From: an uncultured Candidatus Binatia bacterium
Lineage (GTDB): Bacteria; Desulfobacterota; Binatia; UBA9968; JAJDTQ01
NCBI GenBank assembly: GCA_965215605.1
Contig: OZ244070.1
Location: 3,199,424-3,263,423, forward strand
DNA: 64,000 bases
Reading direction: 5' to 3'
Part shown: piece by piece, positions 9,820 to 22,261 of the stretch
How the letters are laid out: each line of letters begins with the position of its first letter
How positions within the stretch are numbered: position 1 is the first letter of the stretch
Made by a program: the position numbers and the translations under genes
The notes under the pieces: model-generated
The model's database searches: none
Told to the model about the DNA's origin: nothing
Seen by the model: only the letters and a program-made list of their open reading frames with translations

Positions 9820-11536
9820 TCTCGGATCAGACCACTCAAGAGGTTCGCGCACGCGCTTCCATCGTGGAGGTTGTCTCCGATTACGTCACGCTCAAAAAGG
9901 CCGGCCGGAACTATTCCGGGCTGTGCCCCTTCCATTCCGAGAAGACACCCTCCTTCACCGTCAACGAGGAAAAGGGAATCTTCTACTGTTTCGGATGCCA
10001 GGCAGGAGGCGACATCTTCAAGTTCCTGATGTTGTACGACGGGCTCACCTTTCCGGAGTCCATCGAACGGCTGGCGGAACGGTACGGCATCCGCGTGGTG
10101 TCCTCGGGACCCGCCGCCGGCGCGCGCGAGACGCGGCGCGGGGACTATTACCGGTTGAACGAAGAGGCGGCGGAGCTTTACCATGCGCTGCTGCTGGACC
10201 CCTCCCGCGGCGCCCGGGCCAGGGCCTACCTCAACGAGCGCGGCGTGGACGAGGCCCTGTGGCGGCATTTTCGCCTCGGCTTCGCGCCGGGAGGAGATGT
10301 GCTTGCCGGCCGGTTCCGGCACGAAGGCGTGGCGCCGGCGGAGGCGGCCGAGGCGGGGTTGCTGGCGGAGAAGGGGCCGGACTACTACCGGGACCGGTTT
10401 TTCGAGCGCATCGTCTTTCCCATCACCGAGCCGGGCGGCAAGATCACGGGCTTCGGCGGCCGGGTCATCGGCGAGGGCGTACCCAAATACCTCAATTCCC
10501 CGGAAACGCCGCTCTTCCACAAGGGCTCGCAGGTCTATGGCTTGGCGCAGGCCCGGGACGGCATCCGGTCCAATGACCGGGTGGTGGTGGTGGAGGGCTA
10601 CCTGGACGTGCTGGCCCTGGCGCAGTTCGGCGTGACTCACGCGGTGGCCACCCTGGGCACGGCCCTGACCGCCGATCACTTGCGGCTTCTGGGGCGCTAC
10701 ACCCGGAATGTCGTCGCGCTGTTCGACGGCGATACGGCGGGGCGCAACGCCGCCGCCCGCGGCTTCGAGGTCTTTCAGCAGACCGGTCTTTGGGGGCATG
10801 CGGCGTTCCTGCCGGAGGGCGCGGATCCGGACACGTTTGTCCGGACCGAGGGAAAGGCGGCGCTGGAAGGGGTGCTGGAGCGGGCGGTGCCGATCGTGGA
10901 CTTCTACCTGAACTGGCTGCGGGAGAACCACGGGCCCGGCTTCGCCGGCAAGAGCCGGTTGGCGAGCGAGGTGAGCCGGATGCTGGCCAAGGTGACGAAT
11001 CCCCTGGACCGGGACCAGTTGGCGCGGCGGGCGGCGGACCTTCTGGGTATTCGGGAAGAGTCGCTGCGGCGTCAGGCCGCCGGCGCGGCCGCCGGAACCC
11101 CGGCGAGCGGCGGGGATGCTCGCCGCCGCCCGCGCGGCACGGCGGACCGCTGGTCCCTGGGCGAAGACCGCGCGGAGTCCGTGCTGGTGGCGTTGTTGCT
11201 GCGGTTCCCGCTGGTGGTGGAGACGCTGCGCGGCCAGCAGATGGAAAGGCTCGTGACGGAGAAGTGGCGGGAGGTGATCCGGCGGTTGCTCGAGGGCGGG
11301 GAGGTGGCGGTGGGCGTCTTGACCGACGGCCTGCCTCCCGAGCTTGTGTCGGAAATCAGCGCGCTGGTGTTGGAAGGACAGGAGATCGACGAAGAAGAAC
11401 GGGATCGAATGACCGCGGACTGTCTGTTCTTTCTGCAACGACGATACCTGAAGGGGCTCGAGCAGGAACTGCGGAGAGCCATCCGGATCGCGGAAGAGGC
11501 CAGCGATGATGAGGTCAAGAAAGAGAGGATGCGGCA

Positions 11537-13390
<1,854 letters not shown>

Positions 13391-13433
13391 CGGCTCGTGG
13401 CGCGCTTCCATCGACTACCCCCACGCTTTTTTC

Positions 13434-13510
13434 GGGCCCATAGCTCAGTTGGTTAGAGCCACCGGCTCATAACCGGTAGGTCCCTGGTTCGAGTCCAGGT
13501 GGGCCCACCA
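13434..13510 (+). tRNA. tRNA with CAT anticodon (elongator Met, or Ile2 if lysidine-modified), CCA encoded
   Basis: Cloverleaf read by eye: acceptor GGGCCCA/TGGGCCC, D-arm AGCTCAGTTGGTTAGAGC, anticodon loop CT-CAT-AA, T-arm GGTTCGAGTCC, 3' CCA. Confidence 0.85.
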
Positions 13511-13654
13511 TTTCCCCACCCAAGCAGGAACCCTCACCGGAACGCCGCAGGAGCGAACGGGTTCGGGTGCCGGCATCCGATGACTCAGAGCAACGGCACC
13601 GGTCAATTGGGGCATCGCGGTTCCAGGGAGCAGTGAACACAGGAGGCGCCTGAA

Positions 13655-14689
13655 ATGGCCGAGAACTTCGAAGCGGGTATCGAGAACTGCGTCGCGACGT
13701 GCGCCAGGGTCGAACGCGGCCAAGGCGTCTACATCGTCGCCGAAGACGGGTTCGCCGACGCGGCGGTGGTCGAGGCGTTGACGGAGTCGGCGCGGGATCG
13801 GGGAGCGGACGTCCGCGTGGTGAGCGGCCCGGTCATCCCCAAGGACCGGCCCGAGGCGATTCCGCCCGCCGTCCTGGAGGCCTACGACCGGGCGGACGTG
13901 CTGTTCGCCCACTATCCCTCGCTCAAGCGGGAGGCCCTGCACCCCCATTTTTCCGGAGAGTCGCGGGTGCGGGTGCCGAACCGGGCGCGGACCGTTTCGC
14001 TCATGTCGTCGGAGTGGGCGGGCTTCCCCTACTCCGTGCAGAGGGCGCTGGCGACCACCCTCGACACGCTGTCCGCGCCGGGAAGGTCGTGGCGCATCAC
14101 CAGCCCCAGCGGCACCGACGTCAAGGGCAGCTTCGGCTCGCGCGAGAGCACCGTGGCGCAGGCCTATTTCGTCGAGGACGAAGGCGGCCGCGCCCGCCGC
14201 AACTTCCCCGGCGGTGTGCACAGCCCGGTGGTGGCGGTGGCCACGGAGGGAGTGATCGTGGCGGACCACGTCGCGGGTTTCGGCGGCATGCCGGAATCCG
14301 TGCGGTTGGAGCTCAAGGATGGGCGCGTGGTCTCGTTGCAGGGCGGCGACCCGGCGATGCACCGATCGCTGAGCGGCACGGACGGTTTCATCGACTCCTG
14401 GCACGCCGGCGTCAATCCCAAGACCATCGTGCCCATCGCCCGGGCCATGAACCCCGGCCAGTGGTACAGCTATTCCCACTGCAGCCCGACCATCGTGCAC
14501 TTCCACGTGGGACGCTCCCACGATCCCGTGGACGTCGCCTGTTTCGACCAGACCATCGAGATCGACGGCCGCATCGTCTACGACGGAGGAGGGCTGACCA
14601 TCTGGGACGAGCCGGAGGTCGACAGCGCCGTCAAGGCCTCCGGGATGGCCGGCTCGATGATGGTGAATACGCCGATGACGCTGAGCTGA
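13655..14689 (+). CDS. Conserved enzyme-like protein of unknown function (possibly aminopeptidase-T/NicX-like fold)
   Basis: 344-aa ORF with a strong AGGAGG RBS and a non-repetitive globular composition. The family assignment rests only on a weak recollection of M29/NicX-like proteins. Confidence 0.55.
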   Translation: MAENFEAGIENCVATCARVERGQGVYIVAEDGFADAAVVEALTESARDRGADVRVVSGPVIPKDRPEAIPPAVLEAYDRADVLFAHYPSLKREALHPHFSGESRVRVPNRARTVSLMSSEWAGFPYSVQRALATTLDTLSAPGRSWRITSPSGTDVKGSFGSRESTVAQAYFVEDEGGRARRNFPGGVHSPVVAVATEGVIVADHVAGFGGMPESVRLELKDGRVVSLQGGDPAMHRSLSGTDGFIDSWHAGVNPKTIVPIARAMNPGQWYSYSHCSPTIVHFHVGRSHDPVDVACFDQTIEIDGRIVYDGGGLTIWDEPEVDSAVKASGMAGSMMVNTPMTLS

Positions 14690-14738
14690 CGCCAGCGGGC
14701 TAGTGTCGTCATCTTCACACCTCTCCGCCTTCCCGCAT

Positions 14739-14788
14739 CCCCTCCGTCATCCTCGCACCCCCTCCGTCATTCCCGCGAAAGCGGGAAT
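14739..14788. repeat. REP-like element: duplicated CCCCTCCGTCAT plus hairpin ATTCCCGC-GAAA-GCGGGAAT
   Basis: Direct 12-mer at 14739 and 14759. A perfect 8-bp stem with a GAAA loop at 14769-14788, in a convergent intergenic region. Confidence 0.5.
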
Positions 14789-14937
14789 CCAGGGGTGGGG
14801 TGCGCGTGGGCACCCTGCGTCTCCTCGAAGTCGTACATCGGGAAGCTCACTCTGCAACGGGTCCTTCAGAAACAGCTTATCGATCCGGCGCCCTCACTCC
14901 ATGGTGGCTCCTCGCGATGCCCCGTGTCGTCGGCTAG

Positions 14938-14958
14938 TGTTTGTGAGACACCACGCTA
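14938..14958 (-). repeat. Short intergenic repeat (copy 2, inverted): TAGCGTGGTGTCTCACAAACA on the minus strand
   Basis: Reverse complement of the 5065-5085 motif with one mismatch. It abuts the ureG stop codon. Confidence 0.6.
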
Positions 14959-14959
14959 G

Positions 14960-15574
14960 CTAGAGCCCGCCCGTTTGCATGATGAAATCGACGATCTCTG
15001 CCAGCCCGGTTTGCTTGCGCAGGTTCGAGAACACGAAGGGCCGGTCGCCACGCATCTTGCGGGCGTCGCGGTCCATGATGTCCAGGCTCGCGCCCACCAG
15101 CGGGGCCAAGTCGATCTTGTTGATGATGAGCAGGTCCGAGCGCGTGATGCCGGGACCGCCCTTGCGCGGGATCTTGTCGCCGGCGGAAACGTCGATGACG
15201 TACACCGTCAGGTCCGCCAGTTCCGGGCTGAATGTGGCGGCGAGGTTGTCGCCTCCGGATTCGATCAGGATGAGGTCGAGGCCCTCGAACCTTTCGTTCA
15301 GCTCCCGGACCGCGCCCAGGTTGATGGAGGCATCTTCGCGGATGGCCGTGTGCGGACAGCCGCCGGTCTCCACGCCGACGATGCGTTCCTCCGGTAGAGC
15401 GCCGGCGCGGACCAGGAAGCGGGCGTCCTCCTGCGTGTAGATGTCGTTGGTCACTGCGGCGATCTGGTAACGGTCCCGCATGGCCTTGCACAACGCGTTC
15501 ATGAGGGCGGTCTTGCCCGACCCCACCGGGCCGCCAATGCCTACCCGCAGGGGTCCGTGCGTACCGGCGGTCAT
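14960..15574 (-). CDS. ureG: Urease accessory GTPase UreG
   Basis: P-loop [11 protein letters not shown] and the CPH motif [13 protein letters not shown]. Typical length of 204 aa. Confidence 0.95.
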   Translation of the reverse strand: MTAGTHGPLRVGIGGPVGSGKTALMNALCKAMRDRYQIAAVTNDIYTQEDARFLVRAGALPEERIVGVETGGCPHTAIREDASINLGAVRELNERFEGLDLILIESGGDNLAATFSPELADLTVYVIDVSAGDKIPRKGGPGITRSDLLIINKIDLAPLVGASLDIMDRDARKMRGDRPFVFSNLRKQTGLAEIVDFIMQTGGL

Positions 15575-16284
15575 GAGCGGAACAGCCTCGTGTGTTGCGT
15601 TTCGTGTTTCATGGAACTCCAGTCCACCATGGGAGTCATGGTCCCCATGTCCTCCGGGCTTGTCGTCAGGGAGCGTTGCGTCGCCTCCAACACCACGGGT
15701 TCGAGCCGCACCAGCACCGCCTGGCCGTCGCTCTGGCCCAACGGGATCAACCTCATTCCGGCGGAAACCAGGTTAGCCGCGAAGGCCTGGATATACGTCC
15801 GTAGCGCCGGTTCGAGCGGAATGCCATGGGCGCCGCAGGCCCATCCCACGGCGACGCAATAGGATGCGGGACACGACGGCTCGGTGAGCGGAGCGAGGCC
15901 GGCCGCGTCCCAGGCCTTCGCCACGGCGCTCACGAAAGCCTCCCCCTGGGCGCCGCTCTCCAGCGCCAGCTCATGGGTGCCGCGGGACGCCGCGGCGATT
16001 TCCGCCACTTCCCGCAGCCGCGCCCGGTCCCCGTCGCGGGCGGCGTGCCAAGCGTTGCGGAAGAGCACCGCGTCCACTTGGCAACTGCCGTGGACCAGGA
16101 TTCCCCGGATCCATTCCTTGAGCCCGGCCCCGTCCAGGACCTGTTCCGCTTCCACCGCATACTCCAGGCCATGGCTGTAGGCAAAGGAACCCACCGGGAA
16201 GGCCGGTGACAGCCAACTCATGAGCCGGTACAGGTCGCTACTCCGGATGGATTCTCGCATGGTTCGTATGCTCCCGCGAAACAT
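15571..16284 (-). CDS. ureF: Urease accessory protein UreF
   Basis: [21 protein letters not shown] motif. ATGA overlap with ureG. The start could be the internal ATG at 16260. Confidence 0.85.
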   Translation of the reverse strand: MFRGSIRTMRESIRSSDLYRLMSWLSPAFPVGSFAYSHGLEYAVEAEQVLDGAGLKEWIRGILVHGSCQVDAVLFRNAWHAARDGDRARLREVAEIAAASRGTHELALESGAQGEAFVSAVAKAWDAAGLAPLTEPSCPASYCVAVGWACGAHGIPLEPALRTYIQAFAANLVSAGMRLIPLGQSDGQAVLVRLEPVVLEATQRSLTTSPEDMGTMTPMVDWSSMKHETQHTRLFRS

Positions 16285-16714
16285 ATGCGCCGGCCTCCGG
16301 ATCGAACGGGGCCTCGACGATGCGGACCTGTCCGCCCAAGACCACGGCCAGCCCGGTGATCACGTGGTCGTTGCGGATGCGCAGCCGACCATTCTCGATC
16401 TGCGTGGGCACGTGCCGGTTCCCCAGGTGCCAGGCGATCCGCGTAAGTCTCCCCGGGTCATCGCAGGTAATCTCGGCGAGGACCTCGTCGGCCGCACGGA
16501 CCAGGACCCAACCGCCGCTCTCCAACTGGAGGCCATCGCCGTCGTGCATCACGGCCGCCTCTCGCAGGTCCAGCATCACCCAACCGCCGCCGTCGGTCTT
16601 GAGCCGTGTCCGCCGCCGGTGCCGCCCGTCGTACGGAAGGGTCACCGTGCCGCGTGCCGAGTGTCTCGGCCACTGTCCGGCCGGGCGCGTTCTGATGGCT
16701 CGTTCCCTGATCAC
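16238..16714 (-). CDS. ureE: Urease accessory metallochaperone UreE
   Basis: The C-terminal part (LTRIAWHLGNRHVPTQI...) is UreE-like. A GTG start at 16714, 18 nt after the ureC stop, is preferred over the long ORF that overlaps ureC. Confidence 0.7.
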   Translation of the reverse strand: MIRERAIRTRPAGQWPRHSARGTVTLPYDGRHRRRTRLKTDGGGWVMLDLREAAVMHDGDGLQLESGGWVLVRAADEVLAEITCDDPGRLTRIAWHLGNRHVPTQIENGRLRIRNDHVITGLAVVLGGQVRIVEAPFDPEAGAYVSREHTNHARIHPE

Positions 16715-16731
16715 AGGTGTCCGCCGGCGCG

Positions 16732-18441
16732 TCAGAAGAGAAAATACCGCTGCGCCATGGGCACGGTCCGCGCCGGTTCGCACGTCAACAGCTCGCCGTC
16801 GGCGCGTACCTCGTAGGTTTCGGGGTCCACCTCCATGCGCAGGGTGGCGCCGTTGTGGATCAAGTCTTCCTTGCAGAGGTCCCGTGTTCGCTTCACTGGA
16901 AGGAGTGGCCTCCGGAGTTGCAGCACGCCGGCGAGATCGGCGTCGAGCGCCGCGGCGCTCACGAAGGTGACAGTGTTCTCGCGCCGCGAGCCGCCGAAGG
17001 CGCCGAACATCGGCCGGTAGTGCACCGGCTGTGGGGTCGGGATGGAGGCGTTGGGGTCGCCCATGGGCGCGGCGACGATGACGCCGCCCTTGAGGATGAC
17101 GTCCGGCTTGACGCCGAAGAAGGCCGGTGACCACAGCACCAGGTCAGCGAGCTTCCCCGGTTCCACCGATCCGACGTATTCCGATATGCCGTGGGTGATG
17201 GCCGGGTTGATGGTGTACTTGGCCAGGTAACGCTTTGCCCGGACATTGTCGTTGTCCGCCGTCTCCGCGGGGAGCCGGCCGCGCTGGCGCTTCATCTTGT
17301 CGGCGGTCTGCCACGTGCGGATGATGACCTCGCCCACGCGGCCCATGGCCTGGCTGTCGGACGCCATCATGCTGAACGCGCCCAGGTCGTGCAGGATGTC
17401 CTCGGCCGCCATGGTCTCTTTGCGGATGCGGCTTTCCGCGAAGGCCACGTCCTCGGCGATGGCCGGGTCCAGGTGATGGCAGCACATGAGCATGTCGAGG
17501 TGCTCGTCCACGGTGTTGACGGTGAAGGGCCGCGTCGGGTTGGTGGAGGAGGGCAGCACGTGGGAAAGGCCGCAGAGCTTGATGATGTCGGGCGCATGGC
17601 CGCCGCCGGCGCCCTCGGTGTGGAATGTGTGGATGGTGCGGCCCTTGAACGCCCGCAGGGTGTCCTCCACGAAGCCCGACTCGTTCAGCGTGTCCGTGTG
17701 GATGAGCACCTGCACGTCGTAGGCGTCGCCCACGGACAGGCATGTGTCGATGGCGGCCGGTGTGGTGCCCCAGTCCTCGTGCAGCTTCAGGCCGCAGGCT
17801 CCCGCCCGGACCTGCTCCTCCAGGGCCGCGGGCCGGCTGGCGTTGCCCTTGCCGAAGAAGCCCAGGTTCACCGGGAACGCCTCCGCCGCCTGGAGCATGC
17901 GGCCCAAGTGCCAGGGTCCCGGCGTGCAAGTGGTGGCCTTGGTGCCCGCCGCCGGTCCCGTGCCGCCGCCGAGCATGGTGGTGACGCCGCTGTAGAGTGC
18001 GTCTTCCACTTGTTGGGGACAGATGAAGTGGATGTGGACGTCGAGCCCGCCCGCGGTGACGATCTTGCCCTCGCCGGCGATGACCTCGGTGCCCGGCCCG
18101 ATGATGATGTCCACCGCCGGTTGCGTGTCCGGATTGCCGGCTTTGCCGATGGCGTGGATACGGCCGTCCCGGATGCCGATGTCCGCCTTGACGATGCCCC
18201 AGTGGTCCAGCACCAGGGCGTTGGTGATGACCGTGTCGATCGCGCCTTCCGCCCGGGTGGCCTGGCTCTGACCCATGCCGTCGCGGATGGTCTTGCCGCC
18301 GCCGAACTTCACCTCGTCGCCGTAGACCGTCCGGTCCTCCTCCACCTCGATAATGAGCTCGGTGTCCGCCAGCCGGATCCGGTCCCCGACCGTTGGTCCG
18401 AACATGGCCGCGTAGGCCGCACGCTCGATCTTTCTTGCCAT
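16732..18441 (-). CDS. ureC: Urease alpha subunit
   Basis: [29 protein letters not shown]... Includes the active-site regions [24 protein letters not shown]-type (MCCHHLD) and SSDSQAMGR-type ([12 protein letters not shown]). Confidence 0.95.
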   Translation of the reverse strand: MARKIERAAYAAMFGPTVGDRIRLADTELIIEVEEDRTVYGDEVKFGGGKTIRDGMGQSQATRAEGAIDTVITNALVLDHWGIVKADIGIRDGRIHAIGKAGNPDTQPAVDIIIGPGTEVIAGEGKIVTAGGLDVHIHFICPQQVEDALYSGVTTMLGGGTGPAAGTKATTCTPGPWHLGRMLQAAEAFPVNLGFFGKGNASRPAALEEQVRAGACGLKLHEDWGTTPAAIDTCLSVGDAYDVQVLIHTDTLNESGFVEDTLRAFKGRTIHTFHTEGAGGGHAPDIIKLCGLSHVLPSSTNPTRPFTVNTVDEHLDMLMCCHHLDPAIAEDVAFAESRIRKETMAAEDILHDLGAFSMMASDSQAMGRVGEVIIRTWQTADKMKRQRGRLPAETADNDNVRAKRYLAKYTINPAITHGISEYVGSVEPGKLADLVLWSPAFFGVKPDVILKGGVIVAAPMGDPNASIPTPQPVHYRPMFGAFGGSRRENTVTFVSAAALDADLAGVLQLRRPLLPVKRTRDLCKEDLIHNGATLRMEVDPETYEVRADGELLTCEPARTVPMAQRYFLF

Positions 18442-18509
18442 GGGTCGCCTTTCTTGCTTCGCTCCGCATCGCCGCACGCGCGGTGGCATGGGCGGGACGG
18501 TCGGAGCGT

Positions 18510-18818
18510 TCAGTCCAACGGTCCGTCGACCTTGCCCTGGAACCCCACGACCGCGCGTTTGCCGGCGTAGCCCACCAGGGTGACGGTGCGGGTCTGTCCG
18601 GGTTCAAATCGCACCGCGGTGCCGGACGGGATGTCGAGCCGGAAGCCCCGGGCCTTGTCGCGGTCGAACACGAGGGCCTCGTTGGTCTCGTGGAAGTGGT
18701 AGTGGGAACCCACCTGCACCGGGCGGTCGCCGCTGTTGGCCACGTCCAGCGTTACCGTCTCGCGCCCGGCGTTGAGGGTGATGGGTCCCCCCTTGGTGAG
18801 AATCTCTCCCGGTATCAT
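18510..18818 (-). CDS. ureB: Urease beta subunit
   Basis: [46 protein letters not shown] is a canonical UreB sequence. No ureA is found upstream. Confidence 0.9.
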   Translation of the reverse strand: MIPGEILTKGGPITLNAGRETVTLDVANSGDRPVQVGSHYHFHETNEALVFDRDKARGFRLDIPSGTAVRFEPGQTRTVTLVGYAGKRAVVGFQGKVDGPLD

Positions 18819-18852
18819 TGAAGTCCCTCCTGTCTTGTGGGTCCCCTCACGC

Positions 18853-18865
18853 TAGTGTGGTGTCT
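18853..18865 (+). repeat. Truncated copy 3 of the short repeat (TAGTGTGGTGTCT), at a compositional break
   Basis: It matches the first 13 nt of the 5065 motif, then diverges into AT-richer sequence (GGTTAATTCGGG...). This coincides with the core/island junction. Confidence 0.5.
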
Positions 18866-19274
18866 GGTTAATTCGGGTCATAATCTGCGGAGGATTTTTT
18901 GTTGTCGGCAAGGCGCGATGACGAGCAGTGGCGGGTACCACGCGAGGAAGAGTAACGCAGCCGACGGCGAAAAAGACCCATATATTGTGTACTGATCTCA
19001 CCTGATTCTCACCCATTCCCTCGGGTAGCGGACAAGCGCTGTCATGTCAACTCTCGTCACGACAGCCTTGCAATAACCCTATATATTCCAGTCCGTTATG
19101 GTGGATTCCGTATAACTCAACCTCCTGCGCCATTCGGTCACGTCGCGCCAGCCGATGACATGCCACACTCCACTGTGCGATTCCAGTGGGTTGCGTTTCG
19201 ATTACGGTCCTGATAGCATTTTCTCCGGTTTCGGGGTTTCGTTTTGAGCTCCCGAGGCCGGAGGAAATCCCCCC

Positions 19275-20456
19275 ATGCCCGGACGCCAACCCGTCAAACT
19301 CACCAAGCGCGCCGTCGATGCGCTCAGCGTGGAATCGGGCGACACCGTGGTCTGGGACCGGGACCTGCCGGGCTTCGGCATTCGGGTGTATGCGTCGGGC
19401 CGCAAGGTCTGGTGCGTGCAGACCCGGGGACCGGCCGGGGGGCCGAAGCGCTTCGCGCTCGGCCGCTACGGCAATATCACTCCAGACGACGCCCGCCGCA
19501 AGGCGGCGCTCGCCATCGACCGCATCAAGCAGGGATTGGAGCCCGACCCTCCGCCCGCGGCGACCGAGCCCACGGTGGCGGAGCTTGCCGAGCGCTACAT
19601 GGAGGCCCATGTGCGGGTGAACTGCCGGCCCGCGACGGTGGAGGCCTTCGGGCGCATCCTGCGCCTGTACATCGTGCCGGAGCTGGGCCATCTGCAGCTC
19701 TCGGAGGTGGATCGCCCGCAAGTCTCGGAGTTCCATCACAAGCTCCGAAAGAAGCCCTACCAGGCGAATGCGGGGGTGGGGGTGCTGGCGCACATGTTCC
19801 GGCTTGCGGAAGCCTGGGGGATGACGCCGCCGCGGCGCAATCCGTGCCGGTCGGTGCGGCGCTACAGGGAGACGCGCCGCGAGCGGTTCCTGACGCCCGA
19901 GGAGTACCGCGAGTTGGGCCGGGTGCTCGACGAGGCGGAAGCCGACGGCACCGTGTTCCCCCCGGCGATCCCCGCGCTCCGCCTGTTGCTGCTCACGGGC
20001 TGCCGCCGGAACGAGATCCTGACGCTCAGGTGGGACGACGTGGACCACACGGCGGGGGAGCTTCGGCTGAGGGACGGCAAGACGGGATGGCGCAGCGTGC
20101 CGCTCACGCCGGCGGTGGAGGCGGTGCTCGCGGGGATACCGCGGACGAAGGGCAACCCGTGGGTGATCGCGGGGCGGAAGCCCGGAACGCGTCTCACCAA
20201 CCTCGATGCGATCTGGATGAGGCTCCGCAGGCGGGCGGGGCTCGACGACGTGCGGCTCCACGACTGCCGTCATTCGTACGCGTCGCGGGCGCTGGCGCTG
20301 GGCGAGGGGCTTTCGATGATCGGCGCGCTGCTGGGTCACGCGAAGGTGGCGACGACGGCGCGCTATGCGCACTTGGCGCGGGACACGGAGAAGGCTTCGG
20401 CCGCCCGGGTCGGCGGCAGCATAGGCGCGGACATCCTGCCGCCGGGCGCGGTCTGA
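19275..20456 (+). CDS. Tyrosine recombinase/integrase (DUF4102-type N-terminus), copy 1
   Basis: N-terminus LTKRAVDAL...WDRDLPGFGIRVYASGRKVW. Catalytic region LLLLTGCRRNE...HDCRHSYASRAL...LLGHAKVATTARYAHL. Confidence 0.9.
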   Translation: MPGRQPVKLTKRAVDALSVESGDTVVWDRDLPGFGIRVYASGRKVWCVQTRGPAGGPKRFALGRYGNITPDDARRKAALAIDRIKQGLEPDPPPAATEPTVAELAERYMEAHVRVNCRPATVEAFGRILRLYIVPELGHLQLSEVDRPQVSEFHHKLRKKPYQANAGVGVLAHMFRLAEAWGMTPPRRNPCRSVRRYRETRRERFLTPEEYRELGRVLDEAEADGTVFPPAIPALRLLLLTGCRRNEILTLRWDDVDHTAGELRLRDGKTGWRSVPLTPAVEAVLAGIPRTKGNPWVIAGRKPGTRLTNLDAIWMRLRRRAGLDDVRLHDCRHSYASRALALGEGLSMIGALLGHAKVATTARYAHLARDTEKASAARVGGSIGADILPPGAV

Positions 20457-20477
20457 GCCGGAAGGAGGCATCCTCAA

Positions 20478-21692
20478 ATGGCGAAACTCACCACGGCGAC
20501 GATTTCGAAGCGCACGGTGGAAGCGCTGGTGGTGAAGAGGGACACGGTCTACTGGGACTCGGAGCTTTCGGGCTTCGGGGTTCGCGCCTATCCGTCGGGG
20601 AGCAAGTACTACGTGGTGCAGACCCGGGCCAACGGCAAGGCGGCAAAGCGGGTGACGGTGGGCCGGCACGGAATCGTGACGGCGGAGGAGGCGCGCAGGC
20701 GGGCGGCGCTGATCATCGCGCGCATCAAGGCGGGAGAGGAGCCGCTGGCGGAACCCGCGGCGGCCCTGGCCGAGGGTCCCACGGTGGGGGAGCTTGCGCG
20801 CCGGTGGCTCGAAGAGCACGTGGCGGTGCGGTGCAAGCCCAGGACGGTGGAGATGTACACGCTGATCGTCCGCAAGCACCTGCTGCCCGCGCTCGGCAGG
20901 GCACCGGCGCTGGCCGTGGATCACAAGCGGGTGACCGAACTGCACCATTCGATGCGCGGGACGCCGTCGATGGCCAACCGGACGGTGGAGGCGCTGTCGC
21001 GCATCTGGAACTCTGCGGAGGACCGGGGGGAGTTGCCGGAGGCGAGCAACCCGTGCCGGGTCGTGGTGAAGAACCGCGAGCGCGGGCGCGAGCGGTTCCT
21101 GAGCGAGGAGGAGTTCCGCCGGCTGGGGCGGGCGCTGGCGGAGGCGGAGACCGGGAATGGCATGTCGGTGCACGCGGTGGCGGCGATCCGGCTGTTGCTG
21201 CTCACGGGGTTGAGGCGGAACGAGGTTCTGGTGCTCCGCTGGCGGGACGTGGACCTCGATGCGCGCGAGATCAAGCTCGAAGACTCCAAGACCGGAGCGC
21301 GCGTGGCGCCGCTCTCGCCGGAGGCGGCCCGGGTGCTCGCCGTCATCCCGCGCGTGGAGGGGAACCCGCACGTGATCCCCGGGAAGAAGGCGGGCACGCA
21401 CCTGCGCAACCTCAACGACCCCTGGGACCGGATCCGCAAGCGCGCGATGCTGGAGGACGTGCGGCTCCACGACTGCCGCCACTCGTTCGCGTCCAGGGCG
21501 CTGGCGCTCGGCGAAGGGCTGACCATGATCGGGAAGCTCCTGGGTCACACCAAGGTGGAGACCACCGCGCGGTACGCGCATCTGGCGCGGGAGTCGGTGC
21601 GCGACTCCGCCATCCGCGTATCCGACAGCATCGCCGCCGACATCCTGAAGGGATACGGCGGGGACCAAGCTCGGGCCAGGACGGCGACCTGA
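20478..21692 (+). CDS. Tyrosine recombinase/integrase (DUF4102-type N-terminus), copy 2
   Basis: Paralog of the preceding gene (YWDSELSGFGVRAYPSGSKYY...; LLLLTGLRRNE; HDCRHSFASRAL; LLGHTKVETTARYAHL). Confidence 0.9.
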   Translation: MAKLTTATISKRTVEALVVKRDTVYWDSELSGFGVRAYPSGSKYYVVQTRANGKAAKRVTVGRHGIVTAEEARRRAALIIARIKAGEEPLAEPAAALAEGPTVGELARRWLEEHVAVRCKPRTVEMYTLIVRKHLLPALGRAPALAVDHKRVTELHHSMRGTPSMANRTVEALSRIWNSAEDRGELPEASNPCRVVVKNRERGRERFLSEEEFRRLGRALAEAETGNGMSVHAVAAIRLLLLTGLRRNEVLVLRWRDVDLDAREIKLEDSKTGARVAPLSPEAARVLAVIPRVEGNPHVIPGKKAGTHLRNLNDPWDRIRKRAMLEDVRLHDCRHSFASRALALGEGLTMIGKLLGHTKVETTARYAHLARESVRDSAIRVSDSIAADILKGYGGDQARARTAT

Positions 21693-21979
21693 CGCCCTCA
21701 CCGGGCGTAAACCTCTTAAGAGTCCTCTTACCGTTGCGGCTCCGACCTTCGCGGTGGTCGCCGCCGAGCGCGTATGGCCTCCTGGGTGTCGTCGGCCAGT
21801 TTGAAAGAGACAACCGCGCCAGCTCTTCGGCACCGATCACCCGCACCCTCAACACGAAAGTATGCGACTCGATCGGTCCAAGTCCGCGTATCGTTGGCCG
21901 ACCATCGAGAATTGAGGTGGTCCTGGAAAATCGGACAGGTTGCTAAGGTGTATTCCACGGACCGAAGGAGGGATACGCA

Positions 21980-22261
21980 ATGAGCACACGACGACGGTTC
22001 AGCGGAGACTTCAAGGCGAAGGTAGCGCTGGAGGCGCTGCGAGGGGACAAGACGATCCAGGAGATTGCGGCGCGGCACAAGGTCCACCCGAACCAGGTGA
22101 GCACGTGGAAGCAGCGTGCGGTGGAGGGGATGAAGGAGGTGTTCTCGAAGGGAGCCGAGGGGGCACGAGGAGACCACGAGGGGGAGGTCCGGGACCTGCA
22201 CGCGAAGATCGGGGAGCTGACGGTGGAGCGGGATTTTTTGGCCAAAGGGCTCAAGTGGTGA
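21980..22261 (+). CDS. IS3-family transposase OrfA (HTH)
   Basis: 93 aa, RRRFSGDFKAKVALEALRGDKTIQEIAARHKVHPNQVSTWKQ, with a leucine-zipper-like C-terminus. Confidence 0.9.
   Translation: MSTRRRFSGDFKAKVALEALRGDKTIQEIAARHKVHPNQVSTWKQRAVEGMKEVFSKGAEGARGDHEGEVRDLHAKIGELTVERDFLAKGLKW

Noticed and set aside
13434-13510. The tRNA as the attachment site of the island.
   Set aside because: The integrases lie 5.7 kb away, beyond an unrelated ORF and the urease genes. I could not find a direct repeat of the tRNA 3' end by eye. A computational repeat search is needed before this is claimed.
16238-17134. A 298-aa ORF that extends ureE upstream through the 3' end of ureC.
   Set aside because: The N-terminal 140 aa are arginine-rich nonsense that overlaps ureC. 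A GTG at 16714, 18 nt after the ureC stop, gives a UreE of normal size.
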